Source: a virus. Taken from it: a stretch of DNA of 64,000 bases. Both the position numbers and the translations under genes were made by a program. Where the stretch lies: positions 1 through 64,000 of IMG/VR virus record IMGVR_UViG_3300045747_000454; one strand, given 5' to 3'. The stretch's first letter is position 1; the number at the start of each line of letters is the position of its first letter. Below are positions 62,173-64,000 of this stretch, one piece after another. Under the pieces are notes generated by a model, which saw nothing but the letters and a program-made list of their open reading frames with translations, was not told the origin of the DNA and made no database searches.

Positions 62173-62195
62173 AAGTAGTCTCCGATGCGGTGGAG

Positions 62196-62203
62196 TATTT
62201 ATC
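62196..62203 (-). promoter_or_regulatory. late promoter GATAAATA
   Basis: Heads the cytidyltransferase-baseplate operon. Confidence 0.8.
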
Positions 62204-62215
62204 AAGATCAGGCAT

Positions 62216-62255
62216 CCTGATTTTCGTGAGCATTGTCGCTCGCAAATGATACAAT
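62216..62255 (+). promoter_or_regulatory. CCTR-box promoter (endonuclease-gp55-gp47)
   Basis: CCTG at 62216; TACAAT at 62250 (offset 34). Confidence 0.7.
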
Positions 62256-62303
62256 GTACTCACGCTGTCTCCCACCTAAACTCCCGTAAGAAGGGCAAAA
62301 CTG

Positions 62304-62849
62304 ATGACAGCACCCAAAAAGCACTGTTTCACGATCTATCACATCCCAGGTCTAAAGGTCGGATGTACTTCAAACTTCAAGAAGCGTCAGAAGGCGTATC
62401 CCGAAGGAACGATCTTCGAAGTGATTGAGGTTCTGGAAGGCATCTCAGAAGAAGCCGCAGGCAACCGCGAGTGGGAATGGGCGGATCACTATGGCTATCA
62501 GCGTGGCGGCTTCTACGCCAATCATTGGGGCAACCACATCACCGACGAAATGAAGTCGGTCCTCGGCAAGAAGGGCGGCAACGCCTTGGCAGCTCAAGGT
62601 CGCAAGTGGGGTCCGCAATCCGACGACCATCGCGAGAAGATCGGTGCTCCACAGCGTGGTGTGCCACGCAAGAAACACGATGCGGCATCCAAAGCCAATC
62701 TCGCCGCCAAGCTCAAGGGCGCAACAGTGTGGGTTGTGAAAGATCAATCCCCTGTGAAGGTACGAACTGAGGCTCTTCAAGACTACTTGTCTGCGGGCTA
62801 TCAGCGTGGTCGGAAACTCAAGTCGGGAGGTCATCATGACTGCGCCTAA
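62304..62849 (+). mobile_element. putative homing endonuclease (GIY-YIG-like N-terminus, NUMOD3 repeats)
   Basis: TIYHIPGLKVGCT..R..E motif; QSDDHREKIG and HDAASKANL repeats; YLSAGYQRGR tail. Confidence 0.7.
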
Positions 62850-63309
62850 GAAGATGGTCAAAGTTCGTAAGGAACGTTCGACTTCTACAAGAAATCACTA
62901 CGTCACCAACCAGCAGCTGATCGAGGCAATCGCTGAGGACAAGGCAAACGGCATGAAGCTTTCCAACAAGCTCGCCGGTTACCTGCACATGATCGCCGAG
63001 CGGTACTCATACAGCCCGTCGTTCGCCGGCTACTCCTTTCGCGAGGACATGGTCTCGGTCGCTGTGATGAACCTCGTCGCCAACTGGCACAAGTTCGATC
63101 CGGCAAAGTCCGACAACCCCTTCGCGTTCTACACGACGGCAGCCTATCGTTCGTTTCTGCAGTACCTTGCTGACGAGAAGAAGCATCGCGAGATTCGCGA
63201 CAACCTGCTCGTGAATGCTGGTGCCTCGCCGTCGTTCGCCTATCAGGACAAGACGAAGCCTGGTGCAACCCACGACGAAATGGCGTTCCGTTCCTCCTCG
63301 GAGGACTGA
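62836..63309 (+). CDS. gp55: late-transcription sigma factor (gp55-like)
   Basis: HYVTN, IAERYSYSPSFAGYSFREDM, FDPAKSDNPFAFYT; SD GGGAGG. Confidence 0.93.
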   Translation: MTAPKKMVKVRKERSTSTRNHYVTNQQLIEAIAEDKANGMKLSNKLAGYLHMIAERYSYSPSFAGYSFREDMVSVAVMNLVANWHKFDPAKSDNPFAFYTTAAYRSFLQYLADEKKHREIRDNLLVNAGASPSFAYQDKTKPGATHDEMAFRSSSED

Positions 63310-63314
63310 TCAAC

Positions 63315-64000
63315 ATGGCGAAGATTCACACCGCCCGGGTTAGGGGCGAGATCACCAAGCTGGCGATGTTCACGGACATTCACTGGGGCGCTCGCAACAA
63401 CTCTGACCAGCACAACCTCGACAACCTCGACTACATCGATTGGTTCATCGAGCGCGCCAAGGAGGAGAAGCCGAGCCACATCGCCTTTCTCGGCGACTGG
63501 TTCGAGAATCGCAACGCCATCAACGTGCGCACGCTGAACCACGCCACTGAGGGTGCTCGCCGTCTGAACGCGCTCGGCATTCCAATCATCTTCATCGTCG
63601 GCAATCACGATCTGTACCATCGGTCGAATCGCAAGATCTTCAGCACGAACATGTTCGACGATCTTGAGAACTTCACCGTCATCAGCGAGCCAACTCGCCT
63701 GTCCAAGGACTGGTTCGTCGCACCGTTTCTGTTTCGTGACGAGTACCCAACCTTCACCGAGGATCTGAACAACTCGAAGTTCGTGCTTGGTCACTTCGAG
63801 TTTCGCAACTTCGTCGTGACGGGTGCGACGCGCGTGATGGAGCACGGACCAGACGCTGAGCTGTTCTCAGGTCCCAAGTACATCTTCTCTGGGCACTTTC
63901 ACAAGCGGCAGCACAATCGCAACATCGTCTACATCGGCAACACGTTCCCGACGAACTACGGCGATGCTGGCGACAATCAGCGTGGCTGCGCTGTGTTCGA
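63315..64000 (+). CDS. gp47: recombination endonuclease subunit (gp47/SbcD/Mre11-like), runs off the window end
   Basis: Translated by hand: TDIHWG, LGDWF, VGNHD, GHF, SGHFH metallophosphoesterase motifs; follows gp55 as in T4. Confidence 0.93.
   Translation, partial: MAKIHTARVRGEITKLAMFTDIHWGARNNSDQHNLDNLDYIDWFIERAKEEKPSHIAFLGDWFENRNAINVRTLNHATEGARRLNALGIPIIFIVGNHDLYHRSNRKIFSTNMFDDLENFTVISEPTRLSKDWFVAPFLFRDEYPTFTEDLNNSKFVLGHFEFRNFVVTGATRVMEHGPDAELFSGPKYIFSGHFHKRQHNRNIVYIGNTFPTNYGDAGDNQRGCAVF

Noticed and set aside
1-64000. tRNA/ncRNA genes, CRISPR arrays, DGR or retron reverse transcriptase, integrase, stop-codon reassignment
   Set aside because: Intergenic gaps are short (about 130 nt or less) and explained by promoters and terminators; no cloverleaf, RT or recombinase motifs were seen; long genes are intact in the standard code. 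tRNAscan-SE and Infernal were not run.

Overview
A 64-kb segment of a large, GC-rich (roughly 58-60% by eye) lytic myovirus distantly related to T4, probably infecting a Gram-negative host because it encodes two-component spanins. The + strand from 119 to 26494 carries nucleotide-metabolism and replication genes: Nudix hydrolase, P-loop kinase, DEDDh exonuclease, NDT-like protein, DsbA, family-B DNA polymerase, sliding clamp, RNase H/FEN, primase, DnaB-type helicase and a PD-(D/E)XK exonuclease. It also carries a late block of probable head-internal proteins. The - strand from 26488 to 62172 carries tail, baseplate and lysis genes: PAAR, M23+GH108 hydrolase, spanins, a fibre cluster, giant baseplate proteins, gp6, gp25, gp5, hub, gp53 and a cytidyltransferase. 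The window ends on the + strand with a putative endonuclease, the gp55 late sigma factor and a truncated gp47. Three free-standing homing-endonuclease-like genes are present. I found no tRNA, CRISPR array, intron or intein. The most notable observations are: (1) three promoter classes readable from the DNA, including an apparently phage-specific CCTR-N30/31-TAnnAT class in front of replication genes; (2) late enzymes with prohead-protease-type (L/I/V)xE leaders (T7 gp0.7-like kinase, ligase-fold protein, cytidyltransferase, Alt-N-like protein) that may be an injected effector payload; (3) genes that seem to have inserted by duplicating a translation-start junction; (4) a six-copy 'HNL' domain fibre cluster. 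All product calls come from motif recognition by eye; no database search was run.
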